Assembly (NCBI GenBank): GCA_039816825.1
Contig: JBCBXA010000005.1
Coordinates: 537 to 64,536, forward strand
Length of the DNA: 64,000 bases
Direction of reading: 5' to 3'
DNA from: Pseudomonadota bacterium
GTDB lineage: Bacteria; Pseudomonadota; Alphaproteobacteria; Rhizobiales; Rhizobiaceae
This document shows, in pieces, positions 1 through 9,622 of this stretch (within the stretch, counting starts at the first letter, position 1; the number at the start of each line of letters is the position of its first letter). A model generated the notes under the pieces. That model searched no databases. It had not been told where the DNA came from and saw nothing but the letters and a program-made list of their open reading frames with translations. The position numbers were made by a program, and so were the translations under genes.

Positions 1-821
1 GGTTTTCGGTTTCCATCAATCCCGTGGGCCCGGGAGCGGTTACCGGCCCCGCCCGTCCTGACTACTTCGTGGTGAGTTTCGAGGACCGAACCGAGAACCG
101 GCGGTCTGATACAATGCGGACGGACTTTATCGCCAACGCCAGCCATGAGCTGAGGACACCGCTGGCTTCGCTTTCCGGCTTCATAGAGACCCTCCGCGGC
201 CCCGCCCGTGACGATGCGATTGCGCGAGACCGTTTTCTGGATGTCATGCAAGAGCAGTCAGAGCGCATGAGCAGGTTGGTGGATGACCTTTTGTCCCTCA
301 GCCGCATTGAGATGCGTGTTCATCGTCAACCTCATGAAACCGTCGATCTCAAAGACGTCGTCGGACATGTTGCCGACGCGCTTCAGCCTCTTGCCGATGA
401 AGCCGGCGTCGAGCTGCGTCTGATGACACCGGACCAACCGGTCATGATCTACGGGGACAGGGATGAGCTTGTTCAGGTGTATGACAATCTGGTGGACAAT
501 GCGATCAAGTATGGCCGCGATGGCAAGTTGGTTGAGATCACGCTGAAGGCGACCGACCGGGATCCGCTTTATCCGATCAGCGTATCCGTCCGCGATTTCG
601 GTCTGGGCATACCGTCGGAACACCTGCCGCGACTGACCGAACGGTTCTACCGGGTTGATGTCGATACCAGCCGGAGCCAGAAGGGTACGGGACTGGGGCT
701 CGCCATCGTCAAACACATCCTGACGCGCCACAAGGCTCGCTTGAAGATCACGTCAGAGGTCGGCAAAGGTGCCACTTTCATGACACGATATTCACAGGCT
801 TCTATTGAGAATAATGTTTAA
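1..821 (+). CDS. phoR: Phosphate regulon sensor histidine kinase PhoR, C-terminal part (5' end outside the window)
   Basis: The frame is open back to base 3, with no stop upstream of the tracked ORF 24..821. H-box 'FIANASHELRTPL', N-box 'DNAIKYG', G-box 'GTGLGLAIVKHI'. Lies directly upstream of pstSCAB-phoU-phoB. Confidence 0.85.
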   Translation, partial: FSVSINPVGPGAVTGPARPDYFVVSFEDRTENRRSDTMRTDFIANASHELRTPLASLSGFIETLRGPARDDAIARDRFLDVMQEQSERMSRLVDDLLSLSRIEMRVHRQPHETVDLKDVVGHVADALQPLADEAGVELRLMTPDQPVMIYGDRDELVQVYDNLVDNAIKYGRDGKLVEITLKATDRDPLYPISVSVRDFGLGIPSEHLPRLTERFYRVDVDTSRSQKGTGLGLAIVKHILTRHKARLKITSEVGKGATFMTRYSQASIENNV

Positions 822-825
822 TTTC

Positions 826-858
826 AGTGACATAAACCGTCACAAAAGTGAAACGGAA
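826..858 (+). promoter_or_regulatory. Candidate Pho box array (three 11-nt units: 7-nt core plus A-rich spacer)
   Basis: AGTGACA-TAAA / CCGTCAC-AAAA / GTGAAAC-GGAA. The middle unit resembles the CTGTCAC-type Pho box half-site. A -10-like CATAAA follows at 863..868. Lies about 120 nt upstream of the pstS start. Confidence 0.35.
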
Positions 859-975
859 CCTTCATAAAAGGTCGGCGACCGGCTGATATATGTCCGGCAG
901 CCCGGCATGGGTCGGGCCAATGTCCAAGCCAGTGGGGCTTGGAAAAGACACACGGTTTAACCAGGAGACTTCCAC

Positions 976-2013
976 GTGAAAGCCCTCAAACTCGCCGCCG
1001 CCACAGCCGGCACCCTTGCTCTTCTCGGCACTTCCGCCGCCATCGCTCGTGACAATGTTCAGGTCGCTGGTTCTTCAACCGTGCTGCCATATGCGTCGAT
1101 CGTTGCGGAAGCCTTTGGTGAGAATTTTGAATTTCCAACACCTGTTGTTGAGTCCGGCGGTTCGTCCTCCGGCCTGAAGCGCTTCTGCGAAGGTGTTGGC
1201 GCCAACACCATCGACATCGCAAACGCATCTCGCGCCATCCGCGAGAAAGAAGTCAAGGCATGCGCAGAAGCTGGCGTCACCGACATCATCGAAGTTCGCA
1301 TCGGCTATGACGGCATCGTGTTCGCTTCGCAGATCGACGGTCCTGCCTTCACGGCCTTCCAGCCCGCTGACTGGTTCAACGCTCTGAGCCCGAAGGTCCT
1401 CGTGGACGGCGAACTCGTCGACAACCCCCATGCATCCTGGTCGGACTTCAATGGCGATCTGCCGTCCGCTGAAATCCTGGCCTTCATCCCCGGCACAAAG
1501 CACGGCACACGCGAAGTTTTCGAAGAGAAAGTTTTGTTGCAGGGCTGTGAAGACACCGGCGCCATGAAAGCCATGATGGATGCCGGCATGTCGGAAGATG
1601 ACACTGAAGATGCATGCATGGCCGTTCGCACCGACGGCAAGTCTGTCGACATCGACGGCGACTATACCGAAACTCTGGCTCGCATCGATGCCAACTCCAA
1701 CGGCGTTGGTGTGTTTGGCCTCGCATTCTACGAGAACAACACCGACAAGCTGAAAGTGGCTACCATGGGCGGCGTTGAGCCTTCCACAGCCTCCATCGCT
1801 TCCGGAGAGTACCCTGTGTCCCGTCCACTGTTCTTCTACATCAAGAAGGCCCACATCGGCGTGATCCCAGGCCTCAAAGAATATGCTGAATTCTTCGTGT
1901 CCGACGACATTGCTGGTCCATCCGGCCCGCTCGCCAACTACGGCCTCGTCTCCGATCCAGAGTTGAGCGCAACTCAGTCTGCAATCGCCAGCGAAAACAC
2001 AATGGGCATGTAA
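976..2013 (+). CDS. pstS: Phosphate ABC transporter substrate-binding protein PstS
   Basis: 345 aa, GTG start preceded by AGGAGA. Signal peptide 'MKALKLAAATAGTLALLGTSAAIA'. PstS-like 'VAGSSTV' and 'ESGGSSSG' motifs. First gene of the pst operon. Confidence 0.9.
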   Translation: MKALKLAAATAGTLALLGTSAAIARDNVQVAGSSTVLPYASIVAEAFGENFEFPTPVVESGGSSSGLKRFCEGVGANTIDIANASRAIREKEVKACAEAGVTDIIEVRIGYDGIVFASQIDGPAFTAFQPADWFNALSPKVLVDGELVDNPHASWSDFNGDLPSAEILAFIPGTKHGTREVFEEKVLLQGCEDTGAMKAMMDAGMSEDDTEDACMAVRTDGKSVDIDGDYTETLARIDANSNGVGVFGLAFYENNTDKLKVATMGGVEPSTASIASGEYPVSRPLFFYIKKAHIGVIPGLKEYAEFFVSDDIAGPSGPLANYGLVSDPELSATQSAIASENTMGM

Positions 2014-2050
2014 GTGCCAATATCTCACCGTTGAGGTGGGGTTATAATCT

Positions 2051-2079
2051 GGAAGGCGGCGTTGCTTGCGCCGTCTTCC
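2051..2079 (+). terminator. Intercistronic GC-rich hairpin after pstS (possible attenuator or mRNA stabiliser)
   Basis: 11-bp stem GGAAGGCGGCG / CGCCGTCTTCC (one G-T pair) with a 7-nt loop. Only a short T run follows, so it is probably a partial terminator or processing element rather than a full stop. Confidence 0.4.
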
Positions 2080-2178
2080 TTCAGTCACCCTGGCCATCTG
2101 CCAAGAGTGGCACGCTAGAGTGTAGCAGGACGCGGCGCCCCTGATCAGCCGAAGTCCAAGCAAACGAAAGTCGGCCCC

Positions 2179-3651
2179 ATGTCCGTCAGCACCATCGTTG
2201 CAATTGTTGTTGGTCTTGCTGCCATCGCCTTCTTTCTGGCGCGACAGCGCGCCTTGGCGATCTCTGCCGACAAATCTGTGAAGTTGCACTCTCGCCCGAA
2301 CTATTACGGTGCCAATGTCGCCATGTTCACCCTGGCTCCAGCGCTTCTCGTCTTCGCTCTTTGGTTGGGTATTCAGCCGATCATCGTGGATGGTCAGGTC
2401 TTTCAGAGCATTCCAGCATCCGCGATCCAGGAAGGCTCGTCGCGATCATTGGTTATGAGCAACGTTCGGAGCGTTGCTGATGGTATGGATGTCGCTATCG
2501 AGCAGGGTGCCATGACAGCTGAAGACGCGCGCAACATGCGTGCAGATCTCACCGATGTTCGGGCACGCCTGCGCGACGTCGGTGTGGCGCTCGGCTCCGA
2601 TGTCAATTCCGCTGTGCTCACAGCCGCACAACTTTACCGATCCAAGGTCGCCATGGGGAACATGGTGCGCGACATATTGGTGTTGGGTCTAGCCTTCGCC
2701 GGCTTTGCTTACGGTGTGTCGCGAGTGAGCGCACGCTATCGAGCTCGCAATTCGGTAGAAAGCGGCGTCAAAGTTCTGCTGATTTCAGCGGCGTCCATCG
2801 CCATCTTCACCACCATCGGCATCGCCCTGTCGCTCATCTTCAACACCATTGAGTTTCTGCGCATCTATCCGCCTTCGGAGTTTTTCCTGTCGCTGACATG
2901 GTCGCCCAGCTTTGGTGGCGGTTCGGAACTTGGCATCTGGCCGCTGCTCTGGGGTACCTTCTACATTTCGCTTATCGCGCTGGCGGTCGCCGTGCCTGTG
3001 GGACTGTTTGCGGCCATCTATCTTTCGGAATATGCGAGCCCGGGCCTTCGGTCCTTCGCCAAGCCCATGCTTGAGGTGCTCGCGGGCATTCCAACCATTG
3101 TCTACGGCCTGTTCGCGCTTCTGACCGTTGGTCCTTTGTTGGTAAGCGCGTTCGGTGCCGGTGGTGCGCTGGGCGTGACCTGGATGGGTGGCGGCACGGC
3201 CGTGATGACCGCTGGTCTGGTCATGGGCATTATGCTCATCCCCTTCGTTTCATCTCTGTCCGATGACATCATCAATGCGGTGCCGCAATCCTTGCGCGAC
3301 GGATCTTTGGGCTTGGGCGCTACGCGCTCAGAGACCGTTCGCCGCGTGGTTCTTCCTGCTGCCTTGCCTGGTATCGTCGGCGCGGTGCTTCTCGCGGCCT
3401 CCCGGGCGATTGGCGAAACCATGATCGTTGTGCTCGGGGCTGGTGCTGCCGCCCGGCTGAGCCTCAACCCGTTTGAGGCCATGACGACCGTTACCGCCAA
3501 GATCGTCTCTCAGTTGACCGGCGATGCTGACTTCGCCTCACCAGAGGCGCTGGTCGCGTTTGCCCTCGGAATGACGCTCTTCATCTTAACGCTGCTGTTG
3601 AACGTTCTCGCTCTCTACGTCGTGCGTCGCTACCGCGAACAGTATGACTGA
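2179..3651 (+). CDS. pstC: Phosphate ABC transporter permease PstC (long form)
   Basis: 490 aa multi-TM protein with ABC permease loop 'ASRAIGETMIVVL'. Position between pstS and pstA. Confidence 0.9.
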   Translation: MSVSTIVAIVVGLAAIAFFLARQRALAISADKSVKLHSRPNYYGANVAMFTLAPALLVFALWLGIQPIIVDGQVFQSIPASAIQEGSSRSLVMSNVRSVADGMDVAIEQGAMTAEDARNMRADLTDVRARLRDVGVALGSDVNSAVLTAAQLYRSKVAMGNMVRDILVLGLAFAGFAYGVSRVSARYRARNSVESGVKVLLISAASIAIFTTIGIALSLIFNTIEFLRIYPPSEFFLSLTWSPSFGGGSELGIWPLLWGTFYISLIALAVAVPVGLFAAIYLSEYASPGLRSFAKPMLEVLAGIPTIVYGLFALLTVGPLLVSAFGAGGALGVTWMGGGTAVMTAGLVMGIMLIPFVSSLSDDIINAVPQSLRDGSLGLGATRSETVRRVVLPAALPGIVGAVLLAASRAIGETMIVVLGAGAAARLSLNPFEAMTTVTAKIVSQLTGDADFASPEALVAFALGMTLFILTLLLNVLALYVVRRYREQYD

Positions 3652-3676
3652 TCACCGATATTAGGATTGCGACCCC

Positions 3677-5026
3677 ATGGTTGATGTAACCCAGACCGAT
3701 ATTGCGACAGGCGAGGCTGTGCTCGGCAAGGATGCTAGCCGCACGCGTAGACGCAATGCTGCGGAAACACGGTTCCGCATATACGGGTTGGTCGCCATTG
3801 GTATTGGCCTGTTTTTCTTGCTGGCGCTGCTGACCGCCATCATCGGCAATGGCATTGGCGGCTTCCAGCAGACGAAGTTCACCGTGCCGGTAACGCTCTC
3901 CAACGATCTTTATACTGAAAGCGGTCAGCCGTCCGCTGAAGACATCCGCAAGGCAACTACGTTCCGCTACGCGCCGGTGATCTATGGTGCACTGTGGGAC
4001 GTGGTTGAGCAGCGGGGTTACGAGACCACGCTCACCGGCCCCGATGATATGAAGCTTCTGATCTCCGCAGGGGCTCCTGCGAAGGTTCGCGCCGCGGCCA
4101 ATGCAGACAACTCCCTCGTTGGAAGAACGACTGACTTCGAGTTTATCGCTTCAAGCCGCGTTGACGGGTATCTCAAAGGCCGCGTCAGCCGCGACCGCAT
4201 CGAGCGTGACAAGCTCATCACACCGGCGCACTTGGATCTGGTGGATCAGATGCGGGCGGACGGGTTTGTGGCAAAAGGCTTCAACTGGAGCTTTATCACC
4301 GGTGCCGATGCATCAGACTCCCGTGCTGAACAGGCGGGATTCGGAGTGTCCATGCTGGGCTCACTCTTCATGATGCTGGTGGTCCTGGTCCTGTCCCTGC
4401 CGATTGGGGTCGCGGCTTCACTCTACCTTGAAGAGTTTGCGCCCAAGAACTGGTTTACCGACCTTATCGAAGTGAACATCGCCAATCTGGCCGCCGTACC
4501 CTCCATCGTGTTTGGCATTCTTGGCCTTGCGGCGTTCATCCAGTTTGCCCATCTGCCGCAATCCGCACCGCTGGTGGGTGGACTTGTGCTGACGCTCATG
4601 ACCCTGCCGACGATCATCATCTCCACCCGCGCGTCGCTCAAGGCTGTTCCTCCGTCCATCCGTGATGCAGCGCTGGGTGTGGGGGCCTCAAAGATGCAGG
4701 CCGTGTTCCATCACGTCCTGCCTCTTGCCATGCCCGGCATCCTCACCGGGACGATCATCGGTCTGGCTCAGGCCCTCGGCGAGACAGCCCCACTCCTGTT
4801 GATAGGTATGGTTGGTTTCATCGCGACCAACTATCCTGAAGGCGTCGTCGACGGTTTCCTTGCGCCCAATTCGGCCATGCCCGCGCAGATTTTTGAGTGG
4901 GCCAAACGCGCCGATCCCGCCTTCTATGAGCGCGCCTGGGCCGGCATCATTGTCCTTCTCATTTTCCTCGCCGCGATGAACCTCATCGCAATTGTCTTGC
5001 GTCGGCGCTTCGAACGGCGTTGGTAG
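3677..5026 (+). CDS. pstA: Phosphate ABC transporter permease PstA
   Basis: 449 aa with N-terminal TM, large periplasmic loop and permease core with 'AQALGETAPLLL'. Operon position. Confidence 0.9.
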   Translation: MVDVTQTDIATGEAVLGKDASRTRRRNAAETRFRIYGLVAIGIGLFFLLALLTAIIGNGIGGFQQTKFTVPVTLSNDLYTESGQPSAEDIRKATTFRYAPVIYGALWDVVEQRGYETTLTGPDDMKLLISAGAPAKVRAAANADNSLVGRTTDFEFIASSRVDGYLKGRVSRDRIERDKLITPAHLDLVDQMRADGFVAKGFNWSFITGADASDSRAEQAGFGVSMLGSLFMMLVVLVLSLPIGVAASLYLEEFAPKNWFTDLIEVNIANLAAVPSIVFGILGLAAFIQFAHLPQSAPLVGGLVLTLMTLPTIIISTRASLKAVPPSIRDAALGVGASKMQAVFHHVLPLAMPGILTGTIIGLAQALGETAPLLLIGMVGFIATNYPEGVVDGFLAPNSAMPAQIFEWAKRADPAFYERAWAGIIVLLIFLAAMNLIAIVLRRRFERRW

Positions 5027-5035
5027 GAGCTGAAC

Positions 5036-5863
5036 ATGAACCAGATGACCCCGGTCGAAATAGAGCAGACCGTCAAGAAGCTCAGCAAGAAGTCGGAAGT
5101 TGCCATGAACACCAAGATCCGCTCGCGGAATGTCCACGTCTACTATGGCGACAAGGAAGCCATCAAAGGCGTTGATCTGGACATTCCAGAGAAGCAGGTC
5201 ACCGCACTTATCGGGCCGTCCGGTTGCGGAAAGTCCACATTCCTTCGTTGCCTTAACCGCATGAACGATACCATCGATATCTGCCGCGTGACCGGCAACA
5301 TCGAAATCGACGGGCAGGACATTTATGACCCGAGTGTCGATGTGGTCGATCTCCGCGCGACGGTTGGCATGGTGTTCCAAAAGCCCAATCCGTTTCCCAA
5401 GAGCATTTATGAGAACGTGGCCTACGGGCCGAAGATTCACGGGCTCGCTCGCTCCAAAACCGACCTTGATGAGATTGTTGAAACCAGTCTGCGCCGCGCA
5501 GGTCTGTTTGACGAAGTCAAAGACCGATTGGACGCCCCCGGCACCGGCCTATCCGGCGGTCAGCAGCAGCGCCTGTGCATCGCCCGCGCCATTGCCGTGT
5601 CGCCCACCGTCATTTTGATGGATGAGCCCTGTTCGGCGCTTGATCCGATTGCAACGGCGATTGTGGAAGAACTGATCGACGAGCTGCGTGAGAACTACAC
5701 CATCGTAATCGTGACTCACTCCATGCAGCAGGCTGCCCGCGTCAGCCAGATGACCGCCATGTTCCATCTTGGCGACATTGTCGAGCATGCCGACACCGAC
5801 ACCATCTTCACCAATCCGTCCGAGAAGCGCACGCAGGACTACATCACTGGCCGCTTTGGCTAG
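5036..5863 (+). CDS. pstB: Phosphate ABC transporter ATP-binding protein PstB
   Basis: Walker A 'GPSGCGKST', ABC signature 'LSGGQQQRL', Walker B 'ILMDEP', H-loop 'VTHSM'. Confidence 0.95.
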   Translation: MNQMTPVEIEQTVKKLSKKSEVAMNTKIRSRNVHVYYGDKEAIKGVDLDIPEKQVTALIGPSGCGKSTFLRCLNRMNDTIDICRVTGNIEIDGQDIYDPSVDVVDLRATVGMVFQKPNPFPKSIYENVAYGPKIHGLARSKTDLDEIVETSLRRAGLFDEVKDRLDAPGTGLSGGQQQRLCIARAIAVSPTVILMDEPCSALDPIATAIVEELIDELRENYTIVIVTHSMQQAARVSQMTAMFHLGDIVEHADTDTIFTNPSEKRTQDYITGRFG

Positions 5864-5893
5864 CCTGATGGGAAGTTCGGGAAAGACAGTTCA

Positions 5894-6601
5894 ATGAACG
5901 ATTTGGGCGAACATACCGTCAGCGCCTATGATGAAGAGCTGCAGGGCATCGTCGGCAAGATTGTCGAGATGGGTGGTCAGGCTGAGCGCATCATGGAGCA
6001 AGCCGTATCGGCTCTGCTTCGCGGCGATCAGGCTTTGGCCCAGACAGCGATTGCGGGCGACCAATTGCTGAACTCACTGCAACGCGATGTTGATGAGCAG
6101 GCGGTCCTCGTGATCACACGCCGCCAGCCTGTTGCGCAGGACTTGCGAGAGATTATCGGCGCCATTCGTCTTTCGGCTGACATTGAGCGCATCGGCGATC
6201 TTGGCAAGAACATTGCGCGCCGCGCGCTGGTGATTGATGGATCCATCAAACCCCAGGCCGCCTATGGCATTGAGCACCTCACCGATTTGGCGTCGGAGCA
6301 GGTGAAGAATGTCCTCGACGCCTATGCCGAGCGGGACGTGATGCGTGCCCAGGAGGTTTGGCGCCGCGACAGCGAGATTGACAGTGTTTACATGTCGCTC
6401 TTCCGCGAACTGCTCACATACATGATGGAAGATCCCCGGCAGATCACCAGCTGCACGAGCCTTCTCTTCTGCGCCAAGAATGTTGAGCGCATTGGAGATC
6501 ACGCGACCAATATCGCCGAGACAATCTACTACATCGAGAAGGGCGAGGTTTACCCGCCCGAGGGCGATGAAGCCGGGCAAGCCCGGGGCGGCAACGTCTG
6601 A
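5894..6601 (+). CDS. phoU: Phosphate signalling complex protein PhoU
   Basis: 235 aa, two PhoU repeats each carrying 'ERIGD'. Lies between pstB and phoB. Confidence 0.9.
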   Translation: MNDLGEHTVSAYDEELQGIVGKIVEMGGQAERIMEQAVSALLRGDQALAQTAIAGDQLLNSLQRDVDEQAVLVITRRQPVAQDLREIIGAIRLSADIERIGDLGKNIARRALVIDGSIKPQAAYGIEHLTDLASEQVKNVLDAYAERDVMRAQEVWRRDSEIDSVYMSLFRELLTYMMEDPRQITSCTSLLFCAKNVERIGDHATNIAETIYYIEKGEVYPPEGDEAGQARGGNV

Positions 6602-6642
6602 GCCGCGAAACCAGTTCAAGCAAACATACGGAACAAGATCCT

Positions 6643-7377
6643 ATGAATGCACGTGCCAGCCTTGCCACCAATCCCGGACCGACTGTCTGGGTCGTTGAAG
6701 ATGAAGCCGCGATCGGCCTCCTGTTGCAGTACAATCTCGAAGCTGAAGGATATGATGTTCGGGTCATCGAGCGCGGGGACGAAGCTGAGATCGCCCTGCG
6801 AGAGGAGTTGCCAGACCTTCTGTTGCTGGATTGGATGTTGCCGGGCCTTTCGGGCATTGAGCTCTGCCGTCGCCTGCGGGAGCGGCCGGAGTCTAAGGAT
6901 CTGCCGATCATCATGCTGACCGCCCGTGGCGAAGAGGATGAGCGGATCCGGGGCTACACCACTGGTGCCGATGATTACATCACCAAGCCCTTCTCGCTGC
7001 CAGAACTTCATGCACGCACGAAGGCGCTCCTGCGCCGCGCCAAGCCCGAAGTGGTTTCAAACCGTCTCACAGCAGGCGACATAGAACTGGATCGAGCCGC
7101 ACATCGGGTCCATCGCAATGGTCGTGAACTGCGACTTGGCCCCACCGAGTTCCGACTACTGGAGTTCTTTATGAAGGCGCCGGGCCGCGTCTATTCACGA
7201 GAACAGTTGCTCGATGGTGTCTGGGGGCGCGACATCTATGTGGATGAGAGGACTGTGGACGTGCATGTCGGTCGTCTGCGCAAAGCCATCAACAAGGGCC
7301 GACAAACCGACCCCATCCGCACGGTCCGTGGCGCGGGCTATTCGCTAGACGACAAGTTCGCTCGACCGAGCGGCTAA
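6643..7377 (+). CDS. phoB: Phosphate regulon response regulator PhoB (OmpR family)
   Basis: Receiver 'VWVVEDE...LLLLDWMLPG', OmpR-type winged helix 'VDVHVGRLRKAI...RTVRGAGY'. Confidence 0.9.
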   Translation: MNARASLATNPGPTVWVVEDEAAIGLLLQYNLEAEGYDVRVIERGDEAEIALREELPDLLLLDWMLPGLSGIELCRRLRERPESKDLPIIMLTARGEEDERIRGYTTGADDYITKPFSLPELHARTKALLRRAKPEVVSNRLTAGDIELDRAAHRVHRNGRELRLGPTEFRLLEFFMKAPGRVYSREQLLDGVWGRDIYVDERTVDVHVGRLRKAINKGRQTDPIRTVRGAGYSLDDKFARPSG

Positions 7378-7434
7378 CGCCCTATTTCCGAAGAGTCTCG
7401 GCATCTCTGAAGTTCGGACCAGAACCGAGCGATC

Positions 7435-7992
7435 TTAGGCGCGGCGACGTCCGCTGGTCGATGGCTGGTACGCTACCTTGCAATGGTACTCGCAATAGGG
7501 CGAGCCTTCCTTTACCGGCGCGCCGCAAAAGCTGAAATCGTCCGATGTGGGATCGCCCGTTGGCCACTTACAAGTGCGTTCGCTCACTTCAAGCAGTGTC
7601 AGCTCGCGAGACAGAGGGATAACAACATCCTCTGCCGCCTGTTGAAGTCGGAACTCAGTTTCAGGCGAAATGGCGTCCTTCATGGCGACATTGCCCATCA
7701 CGACGCCGCTGCTGGTCCGCTTGTTCTGACTGGTCGCTCCTGATCCCTGACCTGCTGTGCGGGACGCTGTGGCTGTCTTCTTGCGGGCCGCTCTCGGTGC
7801 AGCGGAGGCGCTGCGCGGAGAGGAAGAGGATGCCTTCACGCGACCGGACATTCCAAGACGATGGACCTTGCCGATCACGGCGTTGCGCGTCACGCCGCCG
7901 AGCTGAGCCGCAATCTGGCTGGCGCTGAGGCCTTCCAGCCAGAGCTTCTTGAGAAGTTCCACGCGATCGTCGGTCCAAGAGGGGGAAGACAT
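7435..7992 (-). CDS. gcrA: Cell-cycle transcriptional regulator GcrA
   Basis: 'MSSPSWTDDRVELLKKLWLEGLSASQIAAQLGGVTRNAVIGKVHRLG' and C-terminal 'CKWPTGDP...FCG...PYCEYH' are GcrA hallmarks. Start moved to the ATG at 7992, which has a GGAGAG SD. The tracked ORF extends to 8073. Confidence 0.85.
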   Translation of the reverse strand: MSSPSWTDDRVELLKKLWLEGLSASQIAAQLGGVTRNAVIGKVHRLGMSGRVKASSSSPRSASAAPRAARKKTATASRTAGQGSGATSQNKRTSSGVVMGNVAMKDAISPETEFRLQQAAEDVVIPLSRELTLLEVSERTCKWPTGDPTSDDFSFCGAPVKEGSPYCEYHCKVAYQPSTSGRRRA

Positions 7993-8392
7993 GGTCTCTC
8001 CTTCACGCTGTCCAATGCAGCAGATGGCGGACTCCGTTCCCGATCCCTGAATCGCTTCAGGGCGAACAGACACAGTTCGTGGTGGGAACAGCGCGCCAGC
8101 GTTTGATAAGTTGGATTGAATGTAGGGGACCGCAGAATCACCGACAAGAGTCGTGACCGTTACCCACCGTTATGACCTCGGGTTTTCCCCAAAACGAAAT
8201 TGGGGAAAAGGCGCTGCGTCCTCTTGCGGTGCCGTTTGCTCAGCTGCGGCGGTTGTGGCTGAAGTTTGACAATTCGTGCGTCGGACGCGATACCGGTCAC
8301 AGCACCCGCGACGCTCCAGGGATTTCCCTTGCCGTCGCGGGTTTTGGTTTTCAGGTCACAGCGCGTCGAGGGTGTGGCCAGTGGAGGCAAGC

Positions 8393-9592
8393 ATGGAACA
8401 GGCTCTCAACCAGGCATCCGATCCTCTCTTTGGAACTTACAATCGCACACCAGCCGCGATGGTTCGCGGCAAGGGGGCCTGGGCTTGGGATAAGAACGGC
8501 AACAAATGGCTCGACTTCGGGTCAGGCATCGCGGTGAACTCCCTTGGCCATGCGCATCCACGTCTGGTCGAAGCTGTTCGCAAGCAGGCGGGCGAGATCT
8601 GGCACACGTCCAACCTGTTCGAGATTGAGGGTCAAACACGGCTGGCCCAGCGGCTCGTTGATGCGACTTTCGCCGACAAAGTGTTCTTTTGTAACTCGGG
8701 TGCTGAGGCGCTGGAGGGCTGCATCAAGACCGCCCGGCGGTACTTTTACGACGCGGACCAGCCTGATCGCTACGAGATCATCACCTTCGAAGGTGCGTTC
8801 CATGGCCGAACGCTGGCCACCATCGCGGCCGGCGGGCAGCAGAAATATCTCGAGGGCTTCGGGCCGAAGGCGAGTGGTTTCACACAGGTTCCCTTTGGTG
8901 ATCATGAGGCCTTGAAGGCAGCCATCGGTCCGCAGACGGCGGCCATTCTCGTCGAGCCCATCCAGGGCGAGGGCGGTGTGCGCCCGGTGCCCGACCAGTG
9001 TTTGCGCGGGTTGCGAGAGCTTTGCGATGAGCACGGTATTCTGCTCATCTATGATGAAGTGCAGACCGGCGTTGGGCGCACCGGCTGGCTGTACGCCTAT
9101 GAAAAGTCCGGTGCAGCCCCTGATCTTCTCGCAACAGCCAAGGGGTTGGGCGGTGGTTTTCCCATAGGTGCGTTCTTGGCAACAGAGGCCGTTGCGGCTC
9201 CCATGGTGCCCGGGACACACGGCACAACTTTTGGCGGCAATGCCCTGGCCATGTCGGTTGGAAACGCTGTTCTGGATGTTGTTCTCGAAGACGGGTTTCT
9301 CGACATGGTTCGCCAAAAAGCCGGGCGGCTCCGCCAGCGCATGGCGCAAATCGTCGACACATATCCAGATCTTGTGGAGGCCGTTTACGGGGAGGGGCTC
9401 CTGTCGGGCTTCAAGGCCAAGGTGCCGGCTGGGCAGCTTGTGGCTGCCATGCACGCAGAGCACCTCATCACGATACCGGCGGGCGCGAATGTGATCCGCA
9501 TCCTGCCACCTCTGAACGTGGAGGATGCCGAGATTGATGAAGCCATGGCGCGCGTTGATCGCGCTTTTTCCACCTTTCAGGCATCGGCCTGA
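8393..9592 (+). CDS. argD: Acetylornithine (class III PLP) aminotransferase ArgD
   Basis: Class III aminotransferase motifs 'FCNSGAEA', 'DEVQTG.GRTG', '[10 protein letters not shown]'. Start chosen at the ATG at 8393 after GGAGG. Followed by argF. Confidence 0.85.
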   Translation: MEQALNQASDPLFGTYNRTPAAMVRGKGAWAWDKNGNKWLDFGSGIAVNSLGHAHPRLVEAVRKQAGEIWHTSNLFEIEGQTRLAQRLVDATFADKVFFCNSGAEALEGCIKTARRYFYDADQPDRYEIITFEGAFHGRTLATIAAGGQQKYLEGFGPKASGFTQVPFGDHEALKAAIGPQTAAILVEPIQGEGGVRPVPDQCLRGLRELCDEHGILLIYDEVQTGVGRTGWLYAYEKSGAAPDLLATAKGLGGGFPIGAFLATEAVAAPMVPGTHGTTFGGNALAMSVGNAVLDVVLEDGFLDMVRQKAGRLRQRMAQIVDTYPDLVEAVYGEGLLSGFKAKVPAGQLVAAMHAEHLITIPAGANVIRILPPLNVEDAEIDEAMARVDRAFSTFQASA

Positions 9593-9622
9593 TCCGTCCC
9601 GATTTCAGAACTGGCATTTCGC

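Noticed and set aside
827-844. GTGAC-N7-GTCAC read as a phoR terminator hairpin.
   Set aside because: The stem is only 5 bp, the loop is AT-rich and no T tract follows. The 11-nt periodicity fits a PhoB-binding array better, although that remains tentative.
1075-2289. 404-aa ORF antisense to pstS. Similar long antisense ORFs occur at 15760..16812, 43356..44936, 47109..49001, 51818..52990, 54640..56151 and 20339..21208.
   Set aside because: Each lies entirely opposite a gene with clear family motifs. The translations are Arg/Gly/His-rich with no recognisable domains. Long stop-free antisense frames are expected in GC-rich DNA.
7993-8073. N-terminal extension of GcrA to the ATG at 8073.
   Set aside because: GcrA homologues start at the conserved 'MS..WTD.RV' motif. 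The ATG at 7992 has a good GGAGAG Shine-Dalgarno sequence, and the extension carries the GANTC cluster, which fits promoter or UTR sequence better.
8276-8392. 39-codon Arg-rich extension of argD. Analogous upstream extensions occur in the tracked ORFs for metZ (23460), apaG (18728), the CDP-alcohol transferase (18471), the thiolase (44981), the exonuclease (49874), DUF952 (54554) and DUF1475 (58361).
   Set aside because: The extensions have non-protein-like composition. Internal ATG/GTG codons with Shine-Dalgarno sequences coincide with the conserved N-termini of the respective families.
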